A stretch of DNA of 63,496 nt, from IMG/VR virus record IMGVR_UViG_3300012920_000036, positions 1 through 63,496 of that record, one strand, 5' to 3'. Source of the stretch: a virus (lineage: Duplodnaviria; Caudoviricetes). This document shows, piece by piece, positions 35,803 to 45,720 of this stretch; within the stretch, counting starts at the first letter, position 1; the number at the start of each line of letters is the position of its first letter. The position numbers and the translations under genes were made by a program. The notes below the pieces were generated by a model that ran no database searches, had not been told where the DNA came from, and was given only the letters and a program-made list of their open reading frames with translations.

Positions 35803-36074
35803 TGGCAATTAATAACATTAACGACAAGGTCGTCTTAAATCTGGACGACAATGATGGCTTGGCGGATTACTTCTCCATGAAAGAACCAGGAGAAGAATGC
35901 ACCATGACCATTACGGGCAACCTCGATGAGCAGACAGCAGACCAAGCAGTCCTGTCGATAAACAAAGTCAGCGTTGAGGGCTACGATTCTGGTAAAAAAA
36001 AGGACGACGACGAGCTTCCCGTGATGATGATCATGGCAGGAAAGGCAAAGAAAAAGGCAGGAGATTCGTACTAG
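35802..36074 (+). CDS. Hypothetical protein
   Basis: ORF track, TAATG-coupled. Confidence 0.65.
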   Translation: MAINNINDKVVLNLDDNDGLADYFSMKEPGEECTMTITGNLDEQTADQAVLSINKVSVEGYDSGKKKDDDELPVMMIMAGKAKKKAGDSY

Positions 36075-36427
36075 ATGGCATTGAAAATCCAAGAGCGTAC
36101 AGGGCTTACAGGTTCTGGCGTGGCAAAGGAATCCTTGATGGGTGGACAACACGCAGAGTTGTTAAGTGCTGTCGTTATTTAAATTTCACTCTGGAGGAGT
36201 TGGCTGCGTCATGCTGCATACCGTTTTCACAACTGAAGAGATGGATGCACTCAGGAAAAGTTCCCAGCCATGTCGCTCTTTTATTCCACTTCCAAGAGGA
36301 GGCACTACTAGAAACACAGTATCCAAGTTATGATAGATTTCGAGATTCTCAAAGAGGCAGGCACAACCAACGAGAGGTTGAGGGAAATGTTTACAGCGAA
36401 GCTTCCGCCGAAGCCGATGCTGGATGA
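35996..36427 (+). CDS. HTH-like ORF lacking a start codon (possible -1 frameshift extension)
   Basis: Frame open from 35996; first TTG only at 36200, inside the HTH-like segment TLEELAASCCIPFSQLKRW. Confidence 0.45.
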   Translation, partial: KKGRRRASRDDDHGRKGKEKGRRFVLDGIENPRAYRAYRFWRGKGILDGWTTRRVVKCCRYLNFTLEELAASCCIPFSQLKRWMHSGKVPSHVALLFHFQEEALLETQYPSYDRFRDSQRGRHNQREVEGNVYSEASAEADAG

Positions 36428-38624
36428 GCTTCCCAAAGAGGAACGCAAAAGGATTGAGAAGGACATCGACAACAGGAAAAAGATTGAAGATGTAATTAGC
36501 AGTCGTGTCTCTGAACATATCCTGTGGTCATTAAAGAACCACCACCTGTATTCATCAGTTGATCTGGCATGGGATTCAACTCCGATCACCAGACAAATAG
36601 TTCCGCTAGTGTTGTATGCTCAGAAGAGAATCAACATGGAAGCCTGTGTTAAGGAACTTGGTAAACTAAAGAACACCAGTCAGTACGTTAAGAAGGATGC
36701 CAAGGGCAGCGTTGTCGGCATCAACTTGCCTAAATTTTTCGAGGTAAACATCAACCTCATTAGATCGTTTGTTACCCGACGACTAGCCGCACAAAGCAAC
36801 AGGTTCAACAACCTGTATCCATTCTTTAAGTACGAGGCTAGAACCACAGAGCCAGCCGGTAAATTAAGGGCTGATGTACTGAGCCAGCGCATCGATGTGA
36901 TGGCAGATCAGTACAACTACCGGCACTTCCAGACCCAGCTTATAAGGGACATGTTCCTCTACGGACACTCAGTAGCATTCCCAAGAGCAGCATGGGAAAG
37001 AGACGTGCATTGGGAACAGACTCCTATTGCAGAGCAGTACGCTACCGAGGGTACGATGACCAAGAAGCGTACTAAGATAGTCAGGGAAGGCGTAAGCTGG
37101 GTCGCTCCTCACCCAACAAGAACCTTCTATGATTTCAACTATCCCCTAGCCAGCCTCAACACAGATACTGGCTGTGAGTATGTGGGGTTCTGGGACATAT
37201 GCCGATTCGGTGACATCTTAGAGAATCCTAACTACTTTAATAGGGACGAGGTTGGGTTTAGCTCTGGGCAAATAGGATTGTTCAGTCGGTATGCTAATTA
37301 CTTTAACCAGTACTACACAACAATCACTCCCCCCACGCAAAAGGATGACCTGACCAGCTTCAATGACAGGAAGAATCAAGTCGGCCACTATGGTGGGGAA
37401 GAGAAAGACACGTCGGTATTCATCACAGAATACTTTGTTAAGATCATACCCAAGGATTACGGGATAGGTACTTACCCGTTCCCTGTGTGGGTACACCTCA
37501 AGGTTGCTGGAGAATACACGGTTGTTTACGCAGAGATACTGCCAAGCGCACCGGCTTCGGTGTTCTCATTTAACGAGAACGACTCACGTTTGCTGAACAT
37601 ATCCGTGGCACACGAACTGATGCCATTCCAAGATCAATTGACCAACCTGTTCAGCCAGCTACTTGAAACCGCAAAGGCAGACCTGTTCTCTGTCGCCATA
37701 ATTAACTCAGACTTATGGCCGGACAATGACGAGGGTCATAAGGCTTTAGAGGATTTCCGCAATACCATGAAGGGCGAGAACTTCTACGCCTCTACTCATG
37801 CGTTGGATGCCAGCTTCAGCAAGCTGCAAGACTTGGGCATAGACCCAACAGCAGACAACATATTTAAGGTTGTCAGGAGTCAGCCCAATGGGAACCTGAC
37901 AAACATATTCAACTCAATCACACAGCTACTCGCTATGGCTGAGAGGCTGATGGCTTTGTCTCCGCAAGAGCAAGGTCAGCCAGCGCCAAGGGAAATCTCT
38001 GCAACCGAGGTGCTATCCATTAGCAACACAACCGACAGCGTTTACACATTCATATCCGATGCCATCGATGAAGGGCGAGCCAGCATGAAGCGTGTCCTTT
38101 ACGAGTCGCTAATATCATGTGGCAGCAATTCAATTCACCTTCCAGTTCTTGGGCGGTACACAAGAAATATAATTGAAAGAGCAGGATTTGAGGTGGAGAT
38201 GGGCGACGGAGATTTGATGGACCCTGACATGGAGCGTAGGTACACCGTCATAGGAAGCAAGCGAGCCTTGTGCCATGACTACATATTTACGAGCCGCGAC
38301 GGCAGCGAAAGAGCAAGCAACTCACAGGCTGCTAATGTTCTGGTGCAACTTATACAGGTACTCAATCAGCCACAGGTTCTTGGAGCTATCGGCAAGGAGA
38401 AATACTTTGAGATTATCAATGAGATATTCCGCCTGAGTGGCGCGGGAGTAGACTTAAAGCTAGAGCTAACTCCTGGTGACAATGACAGTATGACAGCACC
38501 AGATGATCAGACGCAGGCTGCACTTCAACAGTTCGGCCAAGCGATTCAGAAAAACAGCGCAGACATACAGGCAATAGTGCAAGCCATACAAGGGCCGGAG
38601 CAACCCGTGCAGGCTATGCAGTAA
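36330..38624 (+). CDS. Portal protein
   Basis: 764 aa, between TerL and scaffold; 'SATEV' motif and Gln-rich C-terminal barrel as in P22/T7-type portals. Confidence 0.8.
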   Translation: MIDFEILKEAGTTNERLREMFTAKLPPKPMLDELPKEERKRIEKDIDNRKKIEDVISSRVSEHILWSLKNHHLYSSVDLAWDSTPITRQIVPLVLYAQKRINMEACVKELGKLKNTSQYVKKDAKGSVVGINLPKFFEVNINLIRSFVTRRLAAQSNRFNNLYPFFKYEARTTEPAGKLRADVLSQRIDVMADQYNYRHFQTQLIRDMFLYGHSVAFPRAAWERDVHWEQTPIAEQYATEGTMTKKRTKIVREGVSWVAPHPTRTFYDFNYPLASLNTDTGCEYVGFWDICRFGDILENPNYFNRDEVGFSSGQIGLFSRYANYFNQYYTTITPPTQKDDLTSFNDRKNQVGHYGGEEKDTSVFITEYFVKIIPKDYGIGTYPFPVWVHLKVAGEYTVVYAEILPSAPASVFSFNENDSRLLNISVAHELMPFQDQLTNLFSQLLETAKADLFSVAIINSDLWPDNDEGHKALEDFRNTMKGENFYASTHALDASFSKLQDLGIDPTADNIFKVVRSQPNGNLTNIFNSITQLLAMAERLMALSPQEQGQPAPREISATEVLSISNTTDSVYTFISDAIDEGRASMKRVLYESLISCGSNSIHLPVLGRYTRNIIERAGFEVEMGDGDLMDPDMERRYTVIGSKRALCHDYIFTSRDGSERASNSQAANVLVQLIQVLNQPQVLGAIGKEKYFEIINEIFRLSGAGVDLKLELTPGDNDSMTAPDDQTQAALQQFGQAIQKNSADIQAIVQAIQGPEQPVQAMQ

Positions 38625-38627
38625 TTT

Positions 38628-40124
38628 ATGGCAACAGTAGCAGAACAAACAGAGACAAATGAACTACAGCAAACCGAAGAGCAAGAAGGGCAGCATGTAC
38701 AAGAGCAGCAGCCCGAAGCCGAAGAGCAGCAAACCCAAGCCGAAGAGCCGGAAGAAATAGGGTCAATTCACGACGACCCTTTACTGAGTTCTTTGTATGA
38801 AGACCTTGGCTTAATATCTAAACCCGAAGAGGTAGAGATAGAACAAGTCGAGGAACCTCAACCCGAAGAACCAGAGCCGGAGCCGGAGCCGGAGCCGGAA
38901 CAGGCCAGTCAGGACGACGAGCCTGACCAACCGGAGCCGGAGCCAGAGCAAGAACCCAAACGAAACAAGACGTTTGAGGTTAAACCTCCTGTTACCCAAA
39001 CGGATGTTAGGGATGCGGTGCGTGAAGAGTTTGAGAAGTTCAAGCTACCTCAACAAACTCCAGAGCCAGAACCACAACCAGAGCAGCCTGTAGACTCTTA
39101 CGAGGACACTCTTCTCGACGAGCAGCGTGATGAACTTGCCTTAGCTAGATACGCCGAAAGCAAGATGCCCGACAAGTATAACAAGATGGGCAAAAAGCTG
39201 TTAGACTTCTATAAAAAGCTCGATGCTTATGCAGAGAATGCACAGCAAGATCCTGACAGAACTCTAGATCATAACGATGAAGAGTTAATGCAGTTCATCG
39301 AGGATAATAAGCCCACCATTTCTGCATCTGAAACCAAGAAGCTGGAGAAAATGATGTGGAAAGAGGAAGCCCTTGAGGAAGCCCGTAAGGAAACTCAGAA
39401 AGACCGGCAGGATTTTGAGCGTAAGCTCCATGAGCTAGAAGCAAGGCCGAAGATTAATGAAACGATAAAAGAGTTTGAGTCTAGCCTGCCTGCAATGGTT
39501 CCCGATGAGATAGGAGATTTGATTCGTGATGCCGGATTAGACAAGGCCGAGAAGGAAAGCCCTTATGAGGTGTCCATCATTAAGGAGAAGATGGCTAGTG
39601 CCACCAACCTTGCCAAAGAATACTTAAACATAAGTAACGGCATCAAAGATTTTGATGGGAACAATAACAACCACTCTTGGTTGTTAAGTTTCATCAACAA
39701 TCAAGCTGAGTACTTTGCGAAAAATGGTGGCAACGATCTGGTCAGGCAGGATTCGTATGGCAACAAGGCAAACTTTGTTACACCTACTGAATACGCAGGG
39801 CTTGCAGGAAAAGGACAAACGTCTGGCAAATGGACATTCACTAGCGACGACGTTCTTAAAATGCTTGGGGCTAATGCCATTAAAGAAGCGCAAGACACCA
39901 TAAAAACTGAGGAAGAACGGTTAACTAGGATGGGTTTTGTTCGTCAAAAGAAATCACCCGCCGCAGAACCGAAGAAAAAAACCAAGCAAGCAGCCGAAGC
40001 AAAGCCAATTACTCCACCCAAATCAAAGTCTAGTGCAGGCCCAGGTGCTGCTGATAGTGCAGCAATAGAGGAGCCTCCTCCTGTTGGTGGCGACATTATT
40101 GACATACTGAATATGAAAGAGTGA
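38628..40124 (+). CDS. Scaffolding-like protein
   Basis: Acidic, PE-repeat, helical; between portal and capsid. Confidence 0.7.
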   Translation: MATVAEQTETNELQQTEEQEGQHVQEQQPEAEEQQTQAEEPEEIGSIHDDPLLSSLYEDLGLISKPEEVEIEQVEEPQPEEPEPEPEPEPEQASQDDEPDQPEPEPEQEPKRNKTFEVKPPVTQTDVRDAVREEFEKFKLPQQTPEPEPQPEQPVDSYEDTLLDEQRDELALARYAESKMPDKYNKMGKKLLDFYKKLDAYAENAQQDPDRTLDHNDEELMQFIEDNKPTISASETKKLEKMMWKEEALEEARKETQKDRQDFERKLHELEARPKINETIKEFESSLPAMVPDEIGDLIRDAGLDKAEKESPYEVSIIKEKMASATNLAKEYLNISNGIKDFDGNNNNHSWLLSFINNQAEYFAKNGGNDLVRQDSYGNKANFVTPTEYAGLAGKGQTSGKWTFTSDDVLKMLGANAIKEAQDTIKTEEERLTRMGFVRQKKSPAAEPKKKTKQAAEAKPITPPKSKSSAGPGAADSAAIEEPPPVGGDIIDILNMKE

Positions 40125-40273
40125 TTCCGCACAACAGCGGATAAATAATTTATAGGCTAAAATAAATTCATTTAGCCTACATTTTATAAACTTTTTTGGC
40201 GGGTCATATACCGTCCTGTAAATTGATTTCAACCTTCTAGTAAGGGAAACCATTAAAAGTATAGGACTAAATT

Positions 40274-42193
40274 ATGGCACTCAGTAATATTGTAAGCAAC
40301 GTATCCTCGGATGGAAGTGGCACAAGGACACTCCCCACGGATAATTGCACCCCACGCGCCTTAATTGTCGATGATAGCTGCGGCTGCACCCTTACCAAGG
40401 CCAGCTTCAAAGCTATGACTAAAGACATGTTTGAGGCTCAAGGTATGGACGAAGTCGGCATGGCCCGAATCATCGCCCAGACTAAAGAGGCTCGACTAGC
40501 AGGCGCACAAGAGCGGACATTAACTGATCTTCTCTTGAGTCGGCACGTCTCATTGCCCACGGCAAAGGGAGGTGGAAGCGAATCGATCATTGCACCATTC
40601 AGCTTGGTTCCACGTCGCAACACAGTTAACCCGAATTACTTCCAAGTATATGCTGGGTCTGTTCCTGCGACAGGTGATGCAGCTATTGCATCTGGCGGAA
40701 CTGCAATTGATGCAACTGCAACAACAGGGGCTGGCGCTGCTCTTCCAATGGAAGGGAGTTCTAATGCTGGCATCGCAAACACGTTTGCTTGGACAATCAA
40801 GGTTTACCTTGGGCCAGACCCAGGAAGTGGTATCACCAAGCAGAACTTTAACAAGAGTTCCGTTGATAATCTTGGCCGTTTCTTCCTTCCTGGTATGTTC
40901 ATCATGGTTGAAACAAATGGTAACGGAATTTACCAAGGGCCGGGTGCTGACTCTGATAGTTACAGCGTTCAGATGGAGGTTATCGGTGCTAAGTCGCTAA
41001 CAAACCAGACTGTGAACGGTGTTGCTGGATACGAAGCAGCCGAGGTTATTGTTAAGCCCAGCGTAGATAAAGATACATGGGCTGGCTATAACGGTACTGG
41101 CCCGTTGAACTCTGGTACTGCCGCTGAGAAATTACTCAAGCAAAAGCATCAGCCAATCGCTGGCACTTTGTCTATCTTGGCTAACTCTGTCAGCGACTAC
41201 GAGAAGTGGTGCGAACAAGGCCCAGCCATCAACGACTTAAACCTTGTTGAATATTGGCAACAAACGATGCGGTGGACGCATTGTTACAACGACGAGTACT
41301 TGAAGGCTCTTGAAGCTCCTTATGCTTCGGACTGGTTCAAGAACTTCCGCAGCCTTCCACTTGCACAGCAACGCAAGCAGCAGGAGATGCTACACGAACG
41401 CTCGTTTTATAACACCGTCTTCTACGGACAGGCTATAAACGATAAGCAAACCGTTAATGGTTATACCGATCTGCCAAAGGTCTATGACTCAGCAGATGCC
41501 ACCTGTCACCTAGAGTACAAGGCCAACACGCTTGGTATTCGCACACAGCTTAATGAGTGCGGACGTGTACATCCTGGTGCAAATGCTGCCTTAAATATCG
41601 ACACGATTCTTGAAGCTGCTTACGCAGTCAAGAGAGAGCGTGAGAATACAGCAGGCACGGTTGACACCATCGATGCCATGACCGACAGGTTCACGGCTGC
41701 TAAGATTCACGACATAATGATCAAGTACTACAAGGCTAAATATAGTGCTGACATTACGTTGTTTATCCAAGCTGGTCAGAAACTGACGGATAGTGTGACC
41801 GGCAAGGTTGCCTACACCTACAACAAGTACGACATTCCAGATCATGGCCTGAGTTTAGCGGTGTTCACCGATCCGTACTTTGATGATCGTTTGACTGCCA
41901 CTACAGGTGCGCCAACGTCTCTTGCCGCCGGTATAAAAACCCGCGCACGGACGTTCTGGATGATCGACTGGTCTGATATTGCTATTAATATCATCAAGAC
42001 CAACAGCGTTCGTCGTCAGACTGATGTGGACAATGACATCTACAACTGTGTCATTCAGCCAAACGTCAATCACTACATCTTGAACTCCAAGACTTTTGAA
42101 GTTCGGGTTGGCAATCCAAATCGCCACGTTGTGATTGAGAACTTCACGGACGGGTGTCCGACCCTGACTGTTGCAGGGTGCGACCTGTCTTAA
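40274..42193 (+). CDS. Major capsid protein (large)
   Basis: Position after scaffold, followed by a terminator; contains a Gly/Ala/Thr-rich insertion. Confidence 0.75.
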   Translation: MALSNIVSNVSSDGSGTRTLPTDNCTPRALIVDDSCGCTLTKASFKAMTKDMFEAQGMDEVGMARIIAQTKEARLAGAQERTLTDLLLSRHVSLPTAKGGGSESIIAPFSLVPRRNTVNPNYFQVYAGSVPATGDAAIASGGTAIDATATTGAGAALPMEGSSNAGIANTFAWTIKVYLGPDPGSGITKQNFNKSSVDNLGRFFLPGMFIMVETNGNGIYQGPGADSDSYSVQMEVIGAKSLTNQTVNGVAGYEAAEVIVKPSVDKDTWAGYNGTGPLNSGTAAEKLLKQKHQPIAGTLSILANSVSDYEKWCEQGPAINDLNLVEYWQQTMRWTHCYNDEYLKALEAPYASDWFKNFRSLPLAQQRKQQEMLHERSFYNTVFYGQAINDKQTVNGYTDLPKVYDSADATCHLEYKANTLGIRTQLNECGRVHPGANAALNIDTILEAAYAVKRERENTAGTVDTIDAMTDRFTAAKIHDIMIKYYKAKYSADITLFIQAGQKLTDSVTGKVAYTYNKYDIPDHGLSLAVFTDPYFDDRLTATTGAPTSLAAGIKTRARTFWMIDWSDIAINIIKTNSVRRQTDVDNDIYNCVIQPNVNHYILNSKTFEVRVGNPNRHVVIENFTDGCPTLTVAGCDLS

Positions 42194-42204
42194 AGTAATC
42201 ACCA

Positions 42205-42240
42205 AGGGCGGGGGGGCTAGTCTCCCTCGCCCTATATTTG
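42205..42240 (+). terminator. Hairpin terminator after the capsid gene
   Basis: AGGGCGGGGGGG-CTAGT-CTCCCTCGCCCT followed by ATATTT. Confidence 0.65.
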
Positions 42241-42247
42241 TAATATT

Positions 42248-42625
42248 ATGGCACAGATAAAATCAACTGACACGTTCACGGACGTTAAAGATCACATTCA
42301 AAAAGGTAGAATCCTTTCCAAAGGAGCAAACCTTACTATTGCGAGTGGAGCTATTACTGTTACGGATTCATACCACATTGTTGACGGCGAAGGGGCAACC
42401 GATGATGCATTAACTGACATCAACGGAGGCAAACAAGCTGGCCAGATACTTGTGTTGCAGTCGGCTGATAATAACAACAACATTACAGTCACCCACAATA
42501 CAGCAAAGCTATGCCTAAACGGTGCAGCTAACTTTGTTTTGAATACGAACATCGATACGCTTACTTTAATGTACGATGGAGCAAAATGGGTTCAGATAGC
42601 CTCGTCCAATAACTACGACGACTAA
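42248..42625 (+). CDS. Virion decoration-like beta protein
   Basis: TIASGAITVT...DDLTDINGG..GQIL.L...W motif; after capsid. Confidence 0.6.
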   Translation: MAQIKSTDTFTDVKDHIQKGRILSKGANLTIASGAITVTDSYHIVDGEGATDDALTDINGGKQAGQILVLQSADNNNNITVTHNTAKLCLNGAANFVLNTNIDTLTLMYDGAKWVQIASSNNYDD

Positions 42626-42649
42626 TTTCTCTGCTAACTGCTCGCCATT

Positions 42650-42682
42650 TGGGGTAGGGAGGAAACTCCCTGCCCCATTTTT
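42650..42682 (+). terminator. Rho-independent terminator
   Basis: TGGGGTAGGGAG-GAAA-CTCCCTGCCCCA-TTTTT. Confidence 0.85.
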
Positions 42683-42720
42683 CCTTTGACCCACCCTTAT
42701 GCAGGAGTACTTTAGGAGTT

Positions 42721-43104
42721 ATGGCAGAAAAGCATTATGGCATTGCCAACGCGAACAGGCTAATTGAGGTCAATGGAGTCGCCTTGAGGTTCACTCCATA
42801 TGAACACAGCGCGGGTGCTTATACCGGATTCTATTCCACATCTAACACACAGGAACAAAAGTCTTTGGATGATCTTGTTAAGACCAAAGAGATTTTTGTT
42901 ATGACTGGAGAGGAAATAGAAAACATTAAAAAAAAAGCACCAAGCTTGCGAAGCTCAACAGTTTCTCCGGCCCAACCCCCACCAGTAGAGGATGCGGTAG
43001 CTGTGGCAGAAAATAAAGAGCTACCCGATGTTGAAGATATTCTTGCGGTAGAGAAAGTGGCGAAGCCGGTAGTTAAAAAAAGAGGGCGTAACAAAAGCAC
43101 ATGA
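42721..43104 (+). CDS. Hypothetical protein
   Basis: ORF track; AGGAG RBS. Confidence 0.65.
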   Translation: MAEKHYGIANANRLIEVNGVALRFTPYEHSAGAYTGFYSTSNTQEQKSLDDLVKTKEIFVMTGEEIENIKKKAPSLRSSTVSPAQPPPVEDAVAVAENKELPDVEDILAVEKVAKPVVKKRGRNKST

Positions 43105-43847
43105 CTTGGAGCGAGTTTAAAACTGACGTTAAAACATTACTAACCGTCGATGCCAACCGTCTTGGTGCTACAGATTTTACTAATCGTTTTATCTTAGCCG
43201 GAACAGAGTCTGTCTTATCACACGTTCCTTTTTACAGGGCGGTCAACACAACTCGTTACAACAATACCGCCCCAACTGGAATCAAACCGTTAACCACAGA
43301 GGGCAACGCATCTGCTGGTGTCCTGCCAGAGCAGGCAAACGTCATACAGGCGTGGGTAATTACTGACGCAGATGGTGATCCATCAGTAACCGATAGCTCA
43401 GATTCTGAATGCGTCAGGTATCCCTTGATTTCATACAGCTATTCAAATCGACAGGATTTAATATGCGACACCCCCGTCATGGAAAGATCACAAGGGTATA
43501 TGGCTATCGGAAAAGCCGGTGACTTCTTTGTCTATCCAAGACTAATTGACTCAGAGATTCTTGAGCTAACATGGGAGGGTGAAAGAGCTAATCACCAGGA
43601 TTCAGACAAGGTTCCATATGACTCTCCTGTTGCAGAGTGCGTGGCTGAATATGTAAAGGCGCACGTCAAGAGAGAGGTCGATCACGACTTAAAACTTTAT
43701 GAGAGTTACTTAGCTTCGTTTCGTCGCAAGCGACGTGACCTTTATTTGAACACACGTTCAAGAACCCACATCCGCAAACAGGATGGCACGGGTAGAATTT
43801 TTACAACTCTATGTACAGAAACAGAGGTAGAAACCAGCAATTGCTAA
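43101..43847 (+). CDS. Putative head-tail adaptor (tail tubular A-like)
   Basis: MTWSEFK..V start, 'FVYP', synteny. Confidence 0.55.
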   Translation: MTWSEFKTDVKTLLTVDANRLGATDFTNRFILAGTESVLSHVPFYRAVNTTRYNNTAPTGIKPLTTEGNASAGVLPEQANVIQAWVITDADGDPSVTDSSDSECVRYPLISYSYSNRQDLICDTPVMERSQGYMAIGKAGDFFVYPRLIDSEILELTWEGERANHQDSDKVPYDSPVAECVAEYVKAHVKREVDHDLKLYESYLASFRRKRRDLYLNTRSRTHIRKQDGTGRIFTTLCTETEVETSNC

Positions 43848-43848
43848 A

Positions 43849-45720
43849 ATGAGTGCTTTAATCACAACGACAGATGTAGGCGGTAGTCCAGATGTACCAG
43901 ACGCAACCGTAACAACTAAATGGAAACAATACCTATGGGTAAGGCAAGTTGGTTCGTCAGCAGTTCCAAAGGTTTATGTTTGGAATGACTTCGCAACAAG
44001 TGATGCCACCTATTTAAAGTGGCAGGAGAAAGCTGACGTAAGTGCTGGGTCAATAGTCAACTCGCAGATCAGTAATAGTGCTGCGATTGCTGGTAGTAAG
44101 CTCGACCTGACAAACACAATTGTTAACGCTGACATCAACTCATCAGCGGCTATTGATTCATCCAAGCTGGCTACGGTTCCTTACGCAAAGCTGAACCTGT
44201 CTGGCGCTGTGACTAATGCGGACTTAGCTGGCAGCATCAGTCAGGATAAACTTGCTGGAAGCATTGGCATTGGAAAGTTGAGCCTGACAAGTAGTATCAC
44301 CAATAGCCACATCAATGGCTCTGCGGCAATAGACTCATCGAAGCTTGCCACTATTCCTTACTCGAAACTTACTCTTTCAAACTCAATTACAAACAATGAC
44401 GTAGCAACAACTGCTGCTATTAGTTACAACAAGTTATCTGTATCAGATGGCGACATCCCGTTTGCAAAGCTGTCGATTAGTAATGGTGACATCAGTAACT
44501 TAAAAATCGACAAGCTTTACGAAAAGAGACTGGCGATTCAGACATCACACTCGTCAAGTGGTTCAACCCTGCAAGTGCCGGATGCTGCCAAACAGTTGGA
44601 CGGTATTTACAGGGGAGTGTTATCAAGCTCTGGTGACCAATCAATTGTCCTGCCTGACTTAAAGAAGTTTAACGTAAAGATTAATAACGCCAACGGTTAT
44701 TCCAATGGAGCGACAAGTCTTACTGTTGATGCGTTACCTCAAGCATTGTACGCCGGTCAGGTTGTGACATTTACAAATGACGCCACCTTTACTTTATCTG
44801 CTAACGCTAGTGCGGATGCCACTACAATTACAGGAAAGCTCGTTGCATCATCGACGGTAGTCAATGACAGCTTGGGATATGTTTACGACGGAACAAGCTT
44901 CAGACTTTCTATCTTTAAAGGCGGCACAGGAGGCAAGGTTGACATACGGATAGCCGGACATATTCCATCTGCTGGCACATATTCTGGGTCGAACCTGACG
45001 CTAACTCTTCCGGCTGGTCACGGTATACTGACAAGCGACAAGGTCACCGTGACTGGAATGACACCTGACTACTACAACGTGGTTAAGGCACAGGTCACCA
45101 ACGCTACTGACACCCAGATAACCTATGTGAATCAGTCCAGCACCACACCGGCTGCTAATGCTACCGGCTTTGGATTAGTACGAAGATCAGAGAAGTTGGT
45201 CAACAACTCCACCGGAGTTCTTGCTGACTCAATAACTGTTATTCCTACGACTGCTGCTAATGAAAATAAAAAGATTGTTATTCATTGTATCGCTGACTCA
45301 AACAAAGGCGATGGGCAATGGTTGATTGGTGGCATTCCGTCATACTCATCCACTACGTTGCAGGCTGAATCTGGCGAAACCTTTTCTAAATCTGTTAAGA
45401 AGGATTTACCTACCTCAACCAAGGTGTTTAAGACGGGTAGTTCTGAAGCTGAAAGTGTAGGGTCAGGCAAAACTGTTACTGTTGCCTCTAATCATGGAGA
45501 CACCGCAGCAATTGGAGACAAAATCCTTTTTGAAGGGGGAGGCATCCTTACATTAACTGGCGCGGTATCCGCATCACAGACTAGCCTTCTAGGAACTATC
45601 TCTGGCTTTGGGATTGGGCCAAATGAATTTGGTCACCGCATTCCTCGCATAGACGGAGCTTTGCTTGAGTCGGGGCGTGAATTCAAGACAGCTACCAACA
45701 TCGTAATGATCGTACCGTAA
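43849..45720 (+). CDS. Tail fibre-like structural protein with AAIxxSKL repeats
   Basis: Repeated I.N.DI...AAI..SKL units; Ser/Thr/Gly-rich. Confidence 0.7.
   Translation: MSALITTTDVGGSPDVPDATVTTKWKQYLWVRQVGSSAVPKVYVWNDFATSDATYLKWQEKADVSAGSIVNSQISNSAAIAGSKLDLTNTIVNADINSSAAIDSSKLATVPYAKLNLSGAVTNADLAGSISQDKLAGSIGIGKLSLTSSITNSHINGSAAIDSSKLATIPYSKLTLSNSITNNDVATTAAISYNKLSVSDGDIPFAKLSISNGDISNLKIDKLYEKRLAIQTSHSSSGSTLQVPDAAKQLDGIYRGVLSSSGDQSIVLPDLKKFNVKINNANGYSNGATSLTVDALPQALYAGQVVTFTNDATFTLSANASADATTITGKLVASSTVVNDSLGYVYDGTSFRLSIFKGGTGGKVDIRIAGHIPSAGTYSGSNLTLTLPAGHGILTSDKVTVTGMTPDYYNVVKAQVTNATDTQITYVNQSSTTPAANATGFGLVRRSEKLVNNSTGVLADSITVIPTTAANENKKIVIHCIADSNKGDGQWLIGGIPSYSSTTLQAESGETFSKSVKKDLPTSTKVFKTGSSEAESVGSGKTVTVASNHGDTAAIGDKILFEGGGILTLTGAVSASQTSLLGTISGFGIGPNEFGHRIPRIDGALLESGREFKTATNIVMIVP

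Noticed and set aside
38865-38950. GAGCCG tandem repeats as a DNA element
   Set aside because: Explained by the Pro-Glu linker of the scaffold-like protein
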